Shown here: positions 16,069 through 24,826 of the stretch, in pieces
How the letters are laid out: each line of letters starts with the position of its first letter
Position numbering within the stretch: position 1 is the first letter of the stretch
Assembly (NCBI GenBank): GCA_013153915.1
Contig: JAADDL010000046.1
Location: 1-27,700, forward strand
DNA: 27,700 nucleotides
Direction of reading: 5' to 3'
Source of the DNA: Campylobacterota bacterium
GTDB taxonomy: Bacteria > Campylobacterota > Campylobacteria > Campylobacterales > JALSKU01
Notes under the pieces: model-generated
The model's input: only the letters and a program-made list of their open reading frames with translations
Databases searched by the model: none
What the model was told of the DNA's origin: nothing
Position numbers and translations under genes: made by a program

Positions 16069-18683
16069 GGAGTGTCCTTTAAAAGTTCGTATATCTTTTG
16101 CTTTTTTATCTTGTCGAGTCTAAAGCGGTTGATTTTATTTAGATATGTCGGTATATAAGGCTCGATGGTTCTAATGATATTTTTTTTATCTTCATTGTAG
16201 TATTGCAGTAAGCTTTGGTTGATGTGTTTTAGTCTTATGGACACTTGCTTGCATCCAGGGTCGTCTTTGATGAGTTCGTTGTCTTTTAAGAGTTTTTTAT
16301 AATAAAGCTTTTTCGGTCTGTTGGTCTCTTTGAAAAGTTTTATAATTTTTTTGATGACACTCGGGGTAAAGATAGTAAAATTTTTCTCCTCTATTTTGCA
16401 ATATTCAAGGTAGTTTTTTGCTTTTGAATGTTTAAAATTGTATTCAAATAGTTTCCATGCCGACTCAATCTTTGCCTTTTTTCTTATATCGATACGGCAC
16501 TTTGCGGATAGTTCCTCATCCGTCATTTTATATGACTTGACTCTATCTAACGCTATTTTAAAAGCTTTTGTGATATCTTTTTTCGATATCGGTACGGCAT
16601 AGATAAGTTGATATATGTCTATTTTGGCGTTACTATTTCCAAATATGACACTTTGGGCTATATAGCTTAGAGCTTTTATATACTCTTTTTTGCTTTTTGC
16701 TTTGGGTAGCAAAAAGTATCCGTATGAGAGCATATCGTTGGGGTGCAGTTGCGATATGCCTCTTATGTACTCTCTTTTGGCGCTTTGGTAATCATTTTGA
16801 GCCGAAAAGCGAATCTTGGCTAAAATCTCTTGATTGTAGTCGTTATAACATGATGAGTCTATATATATCTTTACGGCTTCTTGTACAGTTTGTTTGTTTA
16901 GTCTTATTAGGTCTATACTTTTACCTCGAAAAGGGTTGCCAAGACCGTAAAGTTTAAATTTACCGCCGTTTTTTTCTATTTGACTTGTAAATATATTTAA
17001 TTCGCTTCCGAAATTTGGATAGTATCTGTTTTTTAGAGCATTATCTTGCAAATATAGTGCGGCGTTGTTTTTTGCCGTTAAGTTATTTAAAATATTGTTT
17101 GCTATTTTATTGTCTTTGATATATGCGGAGGTTGCTTTATGGTACGGGTCTCTTGCGAAATCTCTATATATCATGCCGTCAATATTTTTACTCATCACCT
17201 CTATACCGTTTTTGGCGTTATAGATGACGCTATTTTTTAAGATACTGTTTCTTAGGGAGTTTCTTATGATGATGCCGTCTATTTTATTTCCGATGATTTT
17301 GTTTTTATATATTAGTTCGTTATCGCTCTCTTGGACGGATATCCCCATATAGCCGTTTAGTGCCGAAAGATTGTCGTATATGAGGTTATTGTTGGATAAT
17401 CTATCGAGCATTATGCCTGCAGAGTGGTTGTTGAAAGTCAAGTTTTGAGCTATTATCGTATTGTTTACCTGTCTTGATATGACTATGCCGTGAGCGTGTT
17501 TCGCTCTTGCCGTTATGTTTCTTGCTATTATAAGGTTGTTTGAGTAGTCGTGAGGGTCAATGTTGTATATGAGATTATCGTGCATTAGATTTCCGATAAG
17601 TGCGCTATTTTTTGATTCGGAGCAGTAAAATCCCATCATATTATCTACCATAGTATTGCCGACATAGTAGCCTTGCGGCATACCGAAGCTATTTAGATAA
17701 GAGAACAAAGAAAATCTTTTGACTATTAAATCTTTTGGAAAATGTAGCAATGAGATACCGAATGTTGCGGAGGTCGAGTGAAAGCCGAGACCTTTAAACG
17801 TGTTGCCGATATAGTAATTTTTTGAGCCCGTAAGCCCTATGATGCATGGACGAGGTTTTTGAAGCCCTATGAGTAAAAGTTCATTTTCGGGTATCTTTTC
17901 TCTTTTATCGTAACTGTTTGTGTTTGAGTTCCAAGTGATAAATTTTGTATTTTTTGCGTAGATATCTCCGTGATTCATGATAAAGACGGGTTTTGGAGTG
18001 GTTTGTAGCAATACGGTCGCATCTTCAAATATCAGCTTTGCCGTAGGCGAAACATATATGGGAGTTTTTAAAATATATCTATTTTTTCCTAATTTGTCGA
18101 TGATTTTTCGATTTGAGATTTTTTTGTATAGATATCTTAAAGAGTATGTTCCGTTGTATAGCACCATAACTTTCGTCGCAAAACGGTGTCTTTTGTAATA
18201 TTTATAAAAACTATATAGGTTTATGGTAGGCATAAATGTTATCTTAGACATATCCACAAAGTCTATGCCGTTGCCGTAGAATCTCTTTGGAAATTTTAAA
18301 AGCAGTTTTTCGGGCGTATATCTTGAGAGGATTTTTTCTATATTTTTAGGTTTTACGCTTGATGGACGGGGAAATATGACATATTGGTCTTTGAAAGATG
18401 CTTTGTGTTTTATTATTTTTGGATTTTTAAAGTTAAAATCCAAACGGTGCAGTGAATCGTTTGCGTCTTGAAATGTTTTGTAGCATCCTACAAAAGATAT
18501 GTTCGAGTCTCTTGATATCTTTTCGTTCAATAGCGGGCATTGGGGTTGTGTATAGTTTAAATTGTCTTTGAAATTAAACGGATAAACGGGGGTAAACAGT
18601 CCCGTTTCGCTCCTTATTGAGTAGCAATAACCGCCAAAAAGCTCTATCGCTAAAAAAAGATACAAAAGACTCTTTTTAAGCAT
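16065..18683 (-). CDS. algG: AlgG-like mannuronan C5-epimerase (beta-helix) with extra N- and C-terminal domains
   Basis: Catalytic segment NLIYNIDPHDYS (DPHD at 17547-17558) followed by HGIVISRQVNN and GIMLDR, as in AlgG. Asn-rich parallel beta-helix repeats. Confidence 0.9.
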   Translation of the reverse strand: MLKKSLLYLFLAIELFGGYCYSIRSETGLFTPVYPFNFKDNLNYTQPQCPLLNEKISRDSNISFVGCYKTFQDANDSLHRLDFNFKNPKIIKHKASFKDQYVIFPRPSSVKPKNIEKILSRYTPEKLLLKFPKRFYGNGIDFVDMSKITFMPTINLYSFYKYYKRHRFATKVMVLYNGTYSLRYLYKKISNRKIIDKLGKNRYILKTPIYVSPTAKLIFEDATVLLQTTPKPVFIMNHGDIYAKNTKFITWNSNTNSYDKREKIPENELLLIGLQKPRPCIIGLTGSKNYYIGNTFKGLGFHSTSATFGISLLHFPKDLIVKRFSLFSYLNSFGMPQGYYVGNTMVDNMMGFYCSESKNSALIGNLMHDNLIYNIDPHDYSNNLIIARNITARAKHAHGIVISRQVNNTIIAQNLTFNNHSAGIMLDRLSNNNLIYDNLSALNGYMGISVQESDNELIYKNKIIGNKIDGIIIRNSLRNSILKNSVIYNAKNGIEVMSKNIDGMIYRDFARDPYHKATSAYIKDNKIANNILNNLTAKNNAALYLQDNALKNRYYPNFGSELNIFTSQIEKNGGKFKLYGLGNPFRGKSIDLIRLNKQTVQEAVKIYIDSSCYNDYNQEILAKIRFSAQNDYQSAKREYIRGISQLHPNDMLSYGYFLLPKAKSKKEYIKALSYIAQSVIFGNSNAKIDIYQLIYAVPISKKDITKAFKIALDRVKSYKMTDEELSAKCRIDIRKKAKIESAWKLFEYNFKHSKAKNYLEYCKIEEKNFTIFTPSVIKKIIKLFKETNRPKKLYYKKLLKDNELIKDDPGCKQVSIRLKHINQSLLQYYNEDKKNIIRTIEPYIPTYLNKINRFRLDKIKKQKIYELLKDTP

Positions 18684-19801
18684 TATCTTTTTCCGGACTC
18701 TTTGTCTATCTGATACCAGTCGTACTTATTTAGTAGCGTATCTATAGTGATGACCGCACTTGTTCCTATAAACTCCTTGGGAGGTTGAAAATCTATCGGT
18801 TTTAAGAGTATTTTGTCATAATTTCTAGCTTGATTATATATATTTTCCAAAGGTCTTGTATGCTCTTCTATCGGCTTGTACGGAAATTCGGCTTTTACCA
18901 CTTTTGCGTAAAATTTCTCTCCGTTTAAAAGTTGAACTACGGCGATATCCCCCTCTTTTATCTTAAAAAGGTCTTTATGCAGGATATTTGCCGTCAAGTA
19001 TATCTCGTAGTTTTTTTCCAATATCACAAAAACAGGTTCCCCCACATTTCTAAAGTCGCCGTTGTGAATCATAATTTTGTAAAGTATTCCGTCAAGCGGG
19101 GATTTGACGGCTTTTATGCCTCCATACATCAAGTGAGCGTACATTAGCGCTTGAGTGGTGTTTATCTCTTCGTTCGGTTTAAAATCTTTTGCAAATTCTA
19201 TATATGAAGGGGAGGGCGCTCGTATGATAGTCATATTCGTATCGAAAAAGGCGTTTTCACTCTTTACGATATATGTTCTTTGGTACATAACAAATAGCAA
19301 AAACAGAAGTAAAAAGATGATGAAAGACCATAGTATCAACAGCACCAAGATAGACTTTTTTTTATCAATTTTTGTCTTTTTCTCTTTTTTGTGCATAAAA
19401 TTGGCTCTTGTGACCGCATGGATAATGTCATCTTCGGTGATTATATCTCCCGAGAGATACGATGAAATGATTTGGTTTAGTATGGAGATTTGCTGAGGTG
19501 TCAAATCCGTAAATCTAACGCCTACTATATTGTCCGACCTTTTAGATACGAATTCTAGTTTTAGATTGTCTATAACCGTTTCAAAGTCGTCAAACCTAAA
19601 TATCATTTTTGCGGTTAAACTCTTTTTTTTGAAGAGTTCTTCGGATAAACCCTCTATGCCGGCGCCCGAAACGGACCAGTCATAAACTCTATATTTTTGC
19701 CCCTCTATCTCTATGGTTGCGGGTATTTTGTACCTAGCGTGCTGTCTTGTAAGTTCCGCCTCATGTACGATTTGACCCTCTTTGTGACTATCTTTACCCA
19801 T
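18683..19801 (-). CDS. alg44: Alg44 c-di-GMP-binding co-polymerase (PilZ + TM + membrane-fusion-like domain)
   Basis: IVHEAELTRQHAR (RxxxR) and DWSVSG (DxSxxG), a single TM helix and a periplasmic MFP-like region. TAATG overlap with algG. Confidence 0.92.
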   Translation of the reverse strand: MGKDSHKEGQIVHEAELTRQHARYKIPATIEIEGQKYRVYDWSVSGAGIEGLSEELFKKKSLTAKMIFRFDDFETVIDNLKLEFVSKRSDNIVGVRFTDLTPQQISILNQIISSYLSGDIITEDDIIHAVTRANFMHKKEKKTKIDKKKSILVLLILWSFIIFLLLFLLFVMYQRTYIVKSENAFFDTNMTIIRAPSPSYIEFAKDFKPNEEINTTQALMYAHLMYGGIKAVKSPLDGILYKIMIHNGDFRNVGEPVFVILEKNYEIYLTANILHKDLFKIKEGDIAVVQLLNGEKFYAKVVKAEFPYKPIEEHTRPLENIYNQARNYDKILLKPIDFQPPKEFIGTSAVITIDTLLNKYDWYQIDKESGKR

Positions 19802-19810
19802 TATTTTCTC

Positions 19811-21328
19811 CTATATCCAATCGAAATATGCCCATAAATCATCGAAATTTATATTTTGAACTAAAAAGTTCACGATTATCAAGAAAAATAGAAATTGCGC
19901 CAAAAGCATACTATTTGAGCTAAATATCTGATACCAGGCGCTAAATCTATCTCCCGCACTCAATTTTGTCTTTTGCCTTGTCCATGACTGTTTGTATAGA
20001 TGATTCCAGATATATATCTTGACAAACGAGCCTACTATCTGGTTGTAGTACAAAAAAAACGGCCAGCTTGGCAAGATATCCTCCCTGGATGTTCTATAAG
20101 CGAATGTCATCAAAAGCCTACTTAGTAAAACCCACCAAAGATATGCTCCAAATACATACGCTCCCCAGTGAATAGCGCCGAAAAACGCTATAAATAGACC
20201 GTATGGAGATGTCCACATGGTAAATCTTTGGTCCCACAGAGCGTACCAAGCGTATGAGCCAAGCACCTCTTTTGGTACGTCAAGCGCTCTTTTGTTTGTT
20301 CGGTATTGGTTTCCAAACCATCTTTGCATAAGCATAAGCGAGCCGATAAAATAGTTTTTGTGAGGTATCTCCTCTATAGTGTAGACCATCACATCGGGAA
20401 CATATAGCATATCCCATCCGTTTTTTATCACATAGTACCAGCTTGATTTGTCGTCTCCGGTTAAAAATCTAAACCTTCCAAGCCTCCAGTGTTCTATAAA
20501 ATCGTTTTGTACGGTATCGACAAATTCTCTATCGGCGACTATGTTGGCTCTTATCATGGACATTCTGCCGGTGAGCGTAAGAACTCTGTTTGATAACGCC
20601 AAAGAGGACATATTGACATTTCTTTGGGCAAATCTTAGTCTATACCATCTTCTGTATATATTTGTGACAAAATCTTTTCCGTCGAGTCTGGCGTCCTCAT
20701 CCGTCGTCAACGCTCCTAATTTTTCGTTGAGTCCGAAAAGTCTTGCCGATTTTCTTAAAGTTCCCGTAGATAGTATCGAATCACCGTCCACAACGGCGAC
20801 TACGGACCTAAAAAGATTGACCGGAGAGTTCGCTATCACTCTAAAGCCGACGGATAGTCCGTCTCTTTTGCCCGTACCGGCTATCTTGGAGATGATAAGT
20901 TTTACTCTTTTTGGAGGGTTTAACTCCAAAAATATTTTTCTAACAAGCCTCTCTTCGCTCATCTCCACTATAGAAGCTATAAGGGTGACATCATATCCGC
21001 ACTCTATAGCCTCTTTGATAGCGGCTCTGTAGACTTCGGCGGAAACGCTTGTACCTATCCTAAAAGTGGTTATCAAGATAAATATATGCTCGGGGTCGAT
21101 ATCGTCATTTGAGTTTTGCTCCATTTCTCTTATCTTTTTAAATCTAATCTTTTTATATATCAAAGACCTGGCGATATTCAAAGAGAACCAAGTGTATCTC
21201 CATATACCGACAAGTCCCAAGAAAAATATCAATTTTCTTGCATATGGGTCAAACTCTTGATACGGTATCAAAAAGCCTATGATAAGGATAAACAAGATGT
21301 AGATAAGAAAATATAGAGCCGTTTTCAC
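19811..21328 (-). CDS. alg8: Alg8 mannuronan polymerase (GT2)
   Basis: GTGKRDGL, VVDGDS, VLTLTGRMS, FRFLTGDDKSSWY and LMQRWFGN (LxxRW), with N- and C-terminal TM helices. GTG start. Confidence 0.94.
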   Translation of the reverse strand: MKTALYFLIYILFILIIGFLIPYQEFDPYARKLIFFLGLVGIWRYTWFSLNIARSLIYKKIRFKKIREMEQNSNDDIDPEHIFILITTFRIGTSVSAEVYRAAIKEAIECGYDVTLIASIVEMSEERLVRKIFLELNPPKRVKLIISKIAGTGKRDGLSVGFRVIANSPVNLFRSVVAVVDGDSILSTGTLRKSARLFGLNEKLGALTTDEDARLDGKDFVTNIYRRWYRLRFAQRNVNMSSLALSNRVLTLTGRMSMIRANIVADREFVDTVQNDFIEHWRLGRFRFLTGDDKSSWYYVIKNGWDMLYVPDVMVYTIEEIPHKNYFIGSLMLMQRWFGNQYRTNKRALDVPKEVLGSYAWYALWDQRFTMWTSPYGLFIAFFGAIHWGAYVFGAYLWWVLLSRLLMTFAYRTSREDILPSWPFFLYYNQIVGSFVKIYIWNHLYKQSWTRQKTKLSAGDRFSAWYQIFSSNSMLLAQFLFFLIIVNFLVQNINFDDLWAYFDWI

Positions 21329-21341
21329 CTGTTTTTATCTC

Positions 21342-22658
21342 CTAAACTATCCTAAAGTAGTTATCTTGTGAGATTATGTCCTCAACAGCCGCCACGTCTA
21401 TCACTATTTTATCTTTATATTTTTTATAAAGCCCTTTAAATCTATCCTCTTTGTTGCCTATTATCAAAACTTCGGAGTTTGCTATAACATTTTGCAAATC
21501 ATCGCTCAATCTTTCGTTGATATGACTTAGTTCTCCCTCCAAAAGAGATTTTGCCGAAGCGTCATTTTTTGCTTTAACTACGGTATCGTCATAAATCGCC
21601 ACACTATATCCTTTGCCTATAAGCATCTCCGCTAGTTCAAGCATGGGAGATTCTCTCAAGTCATCGGTTCCGGGTTTGAAACTAATCTTTAATATACCTA
21701 TTTTTCTCTTTTTTAGGGGTTTGATGTAGCTATTGAAAACTCTTTTTATCTGATATTCGTTGCTCTGCATCAATGAATTTAGCAAAGGGGTATTTTCGTC
21801 TATCTCTTTTGCCTTGTAGGTAATGGCTCTGACATCTTTAGGCAAGCAACTACCCCCAAAGGCAAAGCCCGGTTTTAGATAGTAGCTTGATATGTTTAGC
21901 TTTCTATCCGCACAAAATATATCCATAACTTTGTGAGAGTCTATTTTAAGCTTGGAGCAGATTAAGCCTATTTCGTTTCCGAATGTTACTTTGGTGGCAT
22001 GCCAAGAGTTGTCGGCATATTTTACCATTTCCGAAGTCTCTATCTCGGTTTTAAACAAAGGCGACTCTTTCGTGTCTATAAATGAGTAAAGCTCTTCAAG
22101 TATATCGGCGGTTTTTTCGTCGCTTGCCCCTATGACCGTTTTTGGCGGATGGTAAAAATCCCAAATAGCCGTGCTTTCTCTTAGAAATTCGGAGTTTGAA
22201 GCGTATCCGAAATCAACTCCGACTTTTTTGCCGGAATATTGTTCGACTATAGGTATCACCACCTCTTTTCCAGTGCCCGGAAGCACCGTACTTCTCATGG
22301 CTATCACATGAAATTCGTTTTTATCCTTTAGCGACAATCCTATCTCTTTTGAAACCTCTTTGATATATCTTAAATCTATGCTACCGTTTTCTCTTGAGGG
22401 TGTGCCGACGGCTATAAAAGTTATTTGAGTTTTCTTAACGGCACTTTTCAAATCCGTAGATGCCTTCAATCTTCCGTCTTTTACATTTTTTTCGATAAGT
22501 TTATCCAAATCCTTTTCTATGATGGGAGTTTTGCCTCTGTTTATAAGCTCTACCTTAGTATCGTCTATATCTACGCCTATAACATTGTGTCCTTCATTGG
22601 CGAGTGCGGCACTGCATACCGCTCCGACATATCCCAATCCCACTATCGAAATATCCAT
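21342..22658 (-). CDS. algD: GDP-mannose 6-dehydrogenase
   Basis: GLGYVG, EFLRESTAI, EMVKYADNSWHATKVTFGNE, YYLKPGFAFGGSCLPKD (catalytic Cys) and SFKPGTDDLRESP. Confidence 0.93.
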   Translation of the reverse strand: MDISIVGLGYVGAVCSAALANEGHNVIGVDIDDTKVELINRGKTPIIEKDLDKLIEKNVKDGRLKASTDLKSAVKKTQITFIAVGTPSRENGSIDLRYIKEVSKEIGLSLKDKNEFHVIAMRSTVLPGTGKEVVIPIVEQYSGKKVGVDFGYASNSEFLRESTAIWDFYHPPKTVIGASDEKTADILEELYSFIDTKESPLFKTEIETSEMVKYADNSWHATKVTFGNEIGLICSKLKIDSHKVMDIFCADRKLNISSYYLKPGFAFGGSCLPKDVRAITYKAKEIDENTPLLNSLMQSNEYQIKRVFNSYIKPLKKRKIGILKISFKPGTDDLRESPMLELAEMLIGKGYSVAIYDDTVVKAKNDASAKSLLEGELSHINERLSDDLQNVIANSEVLIIGNKEDRFKGLYKKYKDKIVIDVAAVEDIISQDNYFRIV

Positions 22659-22659
22659 T

Positions 22660-23376
22660 TCAATCCTTTATAATCAATTTATCAAATAGTACTTTAGCGC
22701 AACCGATATCTTGCATATATACGCCCGCTTTAAAGTAGTTGTAGTATTGTTTCCAATATCCTACATACATATCAACCTTTTTTGTATTGTTTATGTAGAT
22801 TTTTAGCATATTGTTCGCTACCGTAATCTTGACGTCAAAAAATGTTTTTGGCATCTTTCCCAAATCTATCTTTTTATAGTGGCTAAATTTGCTCCAATTT
22901 AACCTAACTATAGCCCAAATATGCCCCTTTTTGCCTTTTAGCTTCTTATACCAAACAACCCTAAGCAGAGGTTTGTTTATCGTCGGTCTATCTTTTAGGG
23001 TGCTATCGGCGTGTATTTGTAAAAATGTAAACTCCCTTTTGGAATTTAGAGGAAATAGCTTTACTCTTGCTTGGAGGATTTTTTCGTTTTCGTCGCTAAC
23101 TTTCCATATATTTTTCGCTCTTAGTTCACTTCTGTTACGCTCTCCGCACATTTTAAAGACCATATATCTTCTATCTTGCAAATAAAAAAATTTATTTGAA
23201 TACGCTTCAAAATCCCCGTATTTTCTGCCGAACATCGGATCATAAGGGCTTGAGGGCGCTTGTAGTTTGGATTTGTTTAGTATATCTTTAAACTTATCCA
23301 AAGAGTACGGCGAGTCGTGCGCAAAAGATAAAACGGCTATGATAAAAAGCGATAAAAATGCTTTAAACCCTATCAT
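22660..23376 (-). CDS. Exported PL7-family alginate lyase
   Basis: All three PL7 motifs are present: RSELR, QIH and YFKAGVYMQ. Signal peptide present. Start placed at the second ATG (23376) because GAGG abuts ATG 23382. Confidence 0.92.
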   Translation of the reverse strand: MIGFKAFLSLFIIAVLSFAHDSPYSLDKFKDILNKSKLQAPSSPYDPMFGRKYGDFEAYSNKFFYLQDRRYMVFKMCGERNRSELRAKNIWKVSDENEKILQARVKLFPLNSKREFTFLQIHADSTLKDRPTINKPLLRVVWYKKLKGKKGHIWAIVRLNWSKFSHYKKIDLGKMPKTFFDVKITVANNMLKIYINNTKKVDMYVGYWKQYYNYFKAGVYMQDIGCAKVLFDKLIIKD

Positions 23377-24751
23377 ATTCATCCTCGTATCTTATGATAT
23401 CGTCTTCTCCAAGATACTCTCCCACTTGTATCTCTACGATTTTCAACGGCACTTGCCCGGGGTTGGATAGCCTATGTTTTTGCCCTATTGAGATATATGA
23501 GGATTCGTTAGGTCGTAAAAGAAAAGTATCGTCCTCTTTTGTGACTTCGGCTATACCTTTTACGACAACCCAATGTTCGCTACGGTGCATATGCTTTTGT
23601 AAAGATAGTTTTTTGCCCGGGTTTACCGTGATGATTTTTACCTTAAAGTTAGGATACTCTTTTAGTACGGTATATTTCCCCCAAGGTCTATAGACGCTTC
23701 TTCCGAACTTTATCACTTCGGGGTTGGTTTTTTTAAGCTTTTGAACTATCTCTTTGATGCTTTGAGAATCTCCCCTTTTTGTTACCAGTAAAGCGGTAGG
23801 GGTATCTATAACGATAGTGTCGTCTATATCTTTTAGCACGATTTGTTGTTTGTATCTTCCGAAGACAAGGTTTTTTTTCGAATCTATAGCCAAAAGTTTT
23901 TCGTTTTGCGTGTTTAGATTTTCATCTTTAGGTAACACTTCATAAAGCGAGTCAAAATCCCCGACATCTTTCCAGTCTATATCGGAAACGACCGTCTTTA
24001 TCTTTTTGCTATGCTCCATAACCGCATAGTCAATGCTTTGGTCTTTTATCTGAGACATATCTTCTTTGTTTATCCTGATATAATCTCTCTTTTTCGAATT
24101 TTCGTAAGCCTTTTTAGAGGCTTCGTAGATATCGGGCGCATAGTTTTTTAACTCTTGAAGATAGGTTTTGGCTTGAAACATAAACATCCCGCTATTCCAA
24201 AAATAGTCGCCTTCTTGTAGATATCTTTTTGCGGTAGCGATATCGGGCTTTTCAGTAAAAGAGGCTACCTCACAAACCCTATCTTCGCAATTTTTCGTTT
24301 TGATGTATCCGTATCCCGTATTGGGTGTTGTCGGCGTTATCCCAAAGGTCACCAAATACCCCCTTTGGGCTTCTTTTTTAGCTTTTGATACGGCGTTTTT
24401 ATAATTGTCGTCGCTTTTTATCAAATGGTCGGAAGGTGTGACGAAGAGTATCTCGTCCTCATCTACGCAAAAAGCGCTAAAAGCTATCGACGCGGCGGTA
24501 TTTCTACCCATAGGTTCAATAACGGACGTATAGTTTTCGATACCCGTCTCATCAAGTTGGTCGGTAGCTAAAAAGTATTGATTTTCGTTTGAGACGATGA
24601 TAAAGTTGTCGCAAAAAGCGCTATTTCTTTTGATAGTCATTTGAAAAAGAGAGTCATCCTCAAACATCTTTAAAAACTGTTTCGGTAAATTTTCTCTACT
24701 GATAGGCCAAAGCCTTGTTCCGCTTCCGCCGCACAATATAGCGTTTGTCAT
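23363..24751 (-). CDS. algA: Bifunctional mannose-1-phosphate guanylyltransferase / mannose-6-phosphate isomerase (AlgA/ManC)
   Basis: ILCGGSGTRLWPISR, PKQF, EPMGRNTA, FTEKPD, WNSGMF, SIDYAVME, WKDVG, and a cupin with RPWG and LSLQKHMHRSEHWVVV. Confidence 0.95.
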   Translation of the reverse strand: MTNAILCGGSGTRLWPISRENLPKQFLKMFEDDSLFQMTIKRNSAFCDNFIIVSNENQYFLATDQLDETGIENYTSVIEPMGRNTAASIAFSAFCVDEDEILFVTPSDHLIKSDDNYKNAVSKAKKEAQRGYLVTFGITPTTPNTGYGYIKTKNCEDRVCEVASFTEKPDIATAKRYLQEGDYFWNSGMFMFQAKTYLQELKNYAPDIYEASKKAYENSKKRDYIRINKEDMSQIKDQSIDYAVMEHSKKIKTVVSDIDWKDVGDFDSLYEVLPKDENLNTQNEKLLAIDSKKNLVFGRYKQQIVLKDIDDTIVIDTPTALLVTKRGDSQSIKEIVQKLKKTNPEVIKFGRSVYRPWGKYTVLKEYPNFKVKIITVNPGKKLSLQKHMHRSEHWVVVKGIAEVTKEDDTFLLRPNESSYISIGQKHRLSNPGQVPLKIVEIQVGEYLGEDDIIRYEDEYDRV

Positions 24752-24776
24752 ATATACCCTTATATAATTTTTCTTT

Positions 24777-24807
24777 ATTATATCTTTTTTTCTTAAATAA
24801 AAAGATA
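24777..24807 (-). promoter_or_regulatory. alg operon -10 box with overlapping 9-9-9 inverted repeat
   Basis: Minus-strand TATAAT at 24782-24777. Inverted repeat TATCTTTTT (24781-24789) / AAAAAGATA (24799-24807). Confidence 0.4.
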
Positions 24808-24826
24808 AAACGGCTTCAAAATAGGC

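Noticed and set aside
20052-20059. A8 run in alg8 and other A/T runs as phase-variation tracts
   Set aside because: The frames are intact, such runs are expected in AT-rich DNA, and no long poly-G/C tract typical of Campylobacterota contingency loci was seen.
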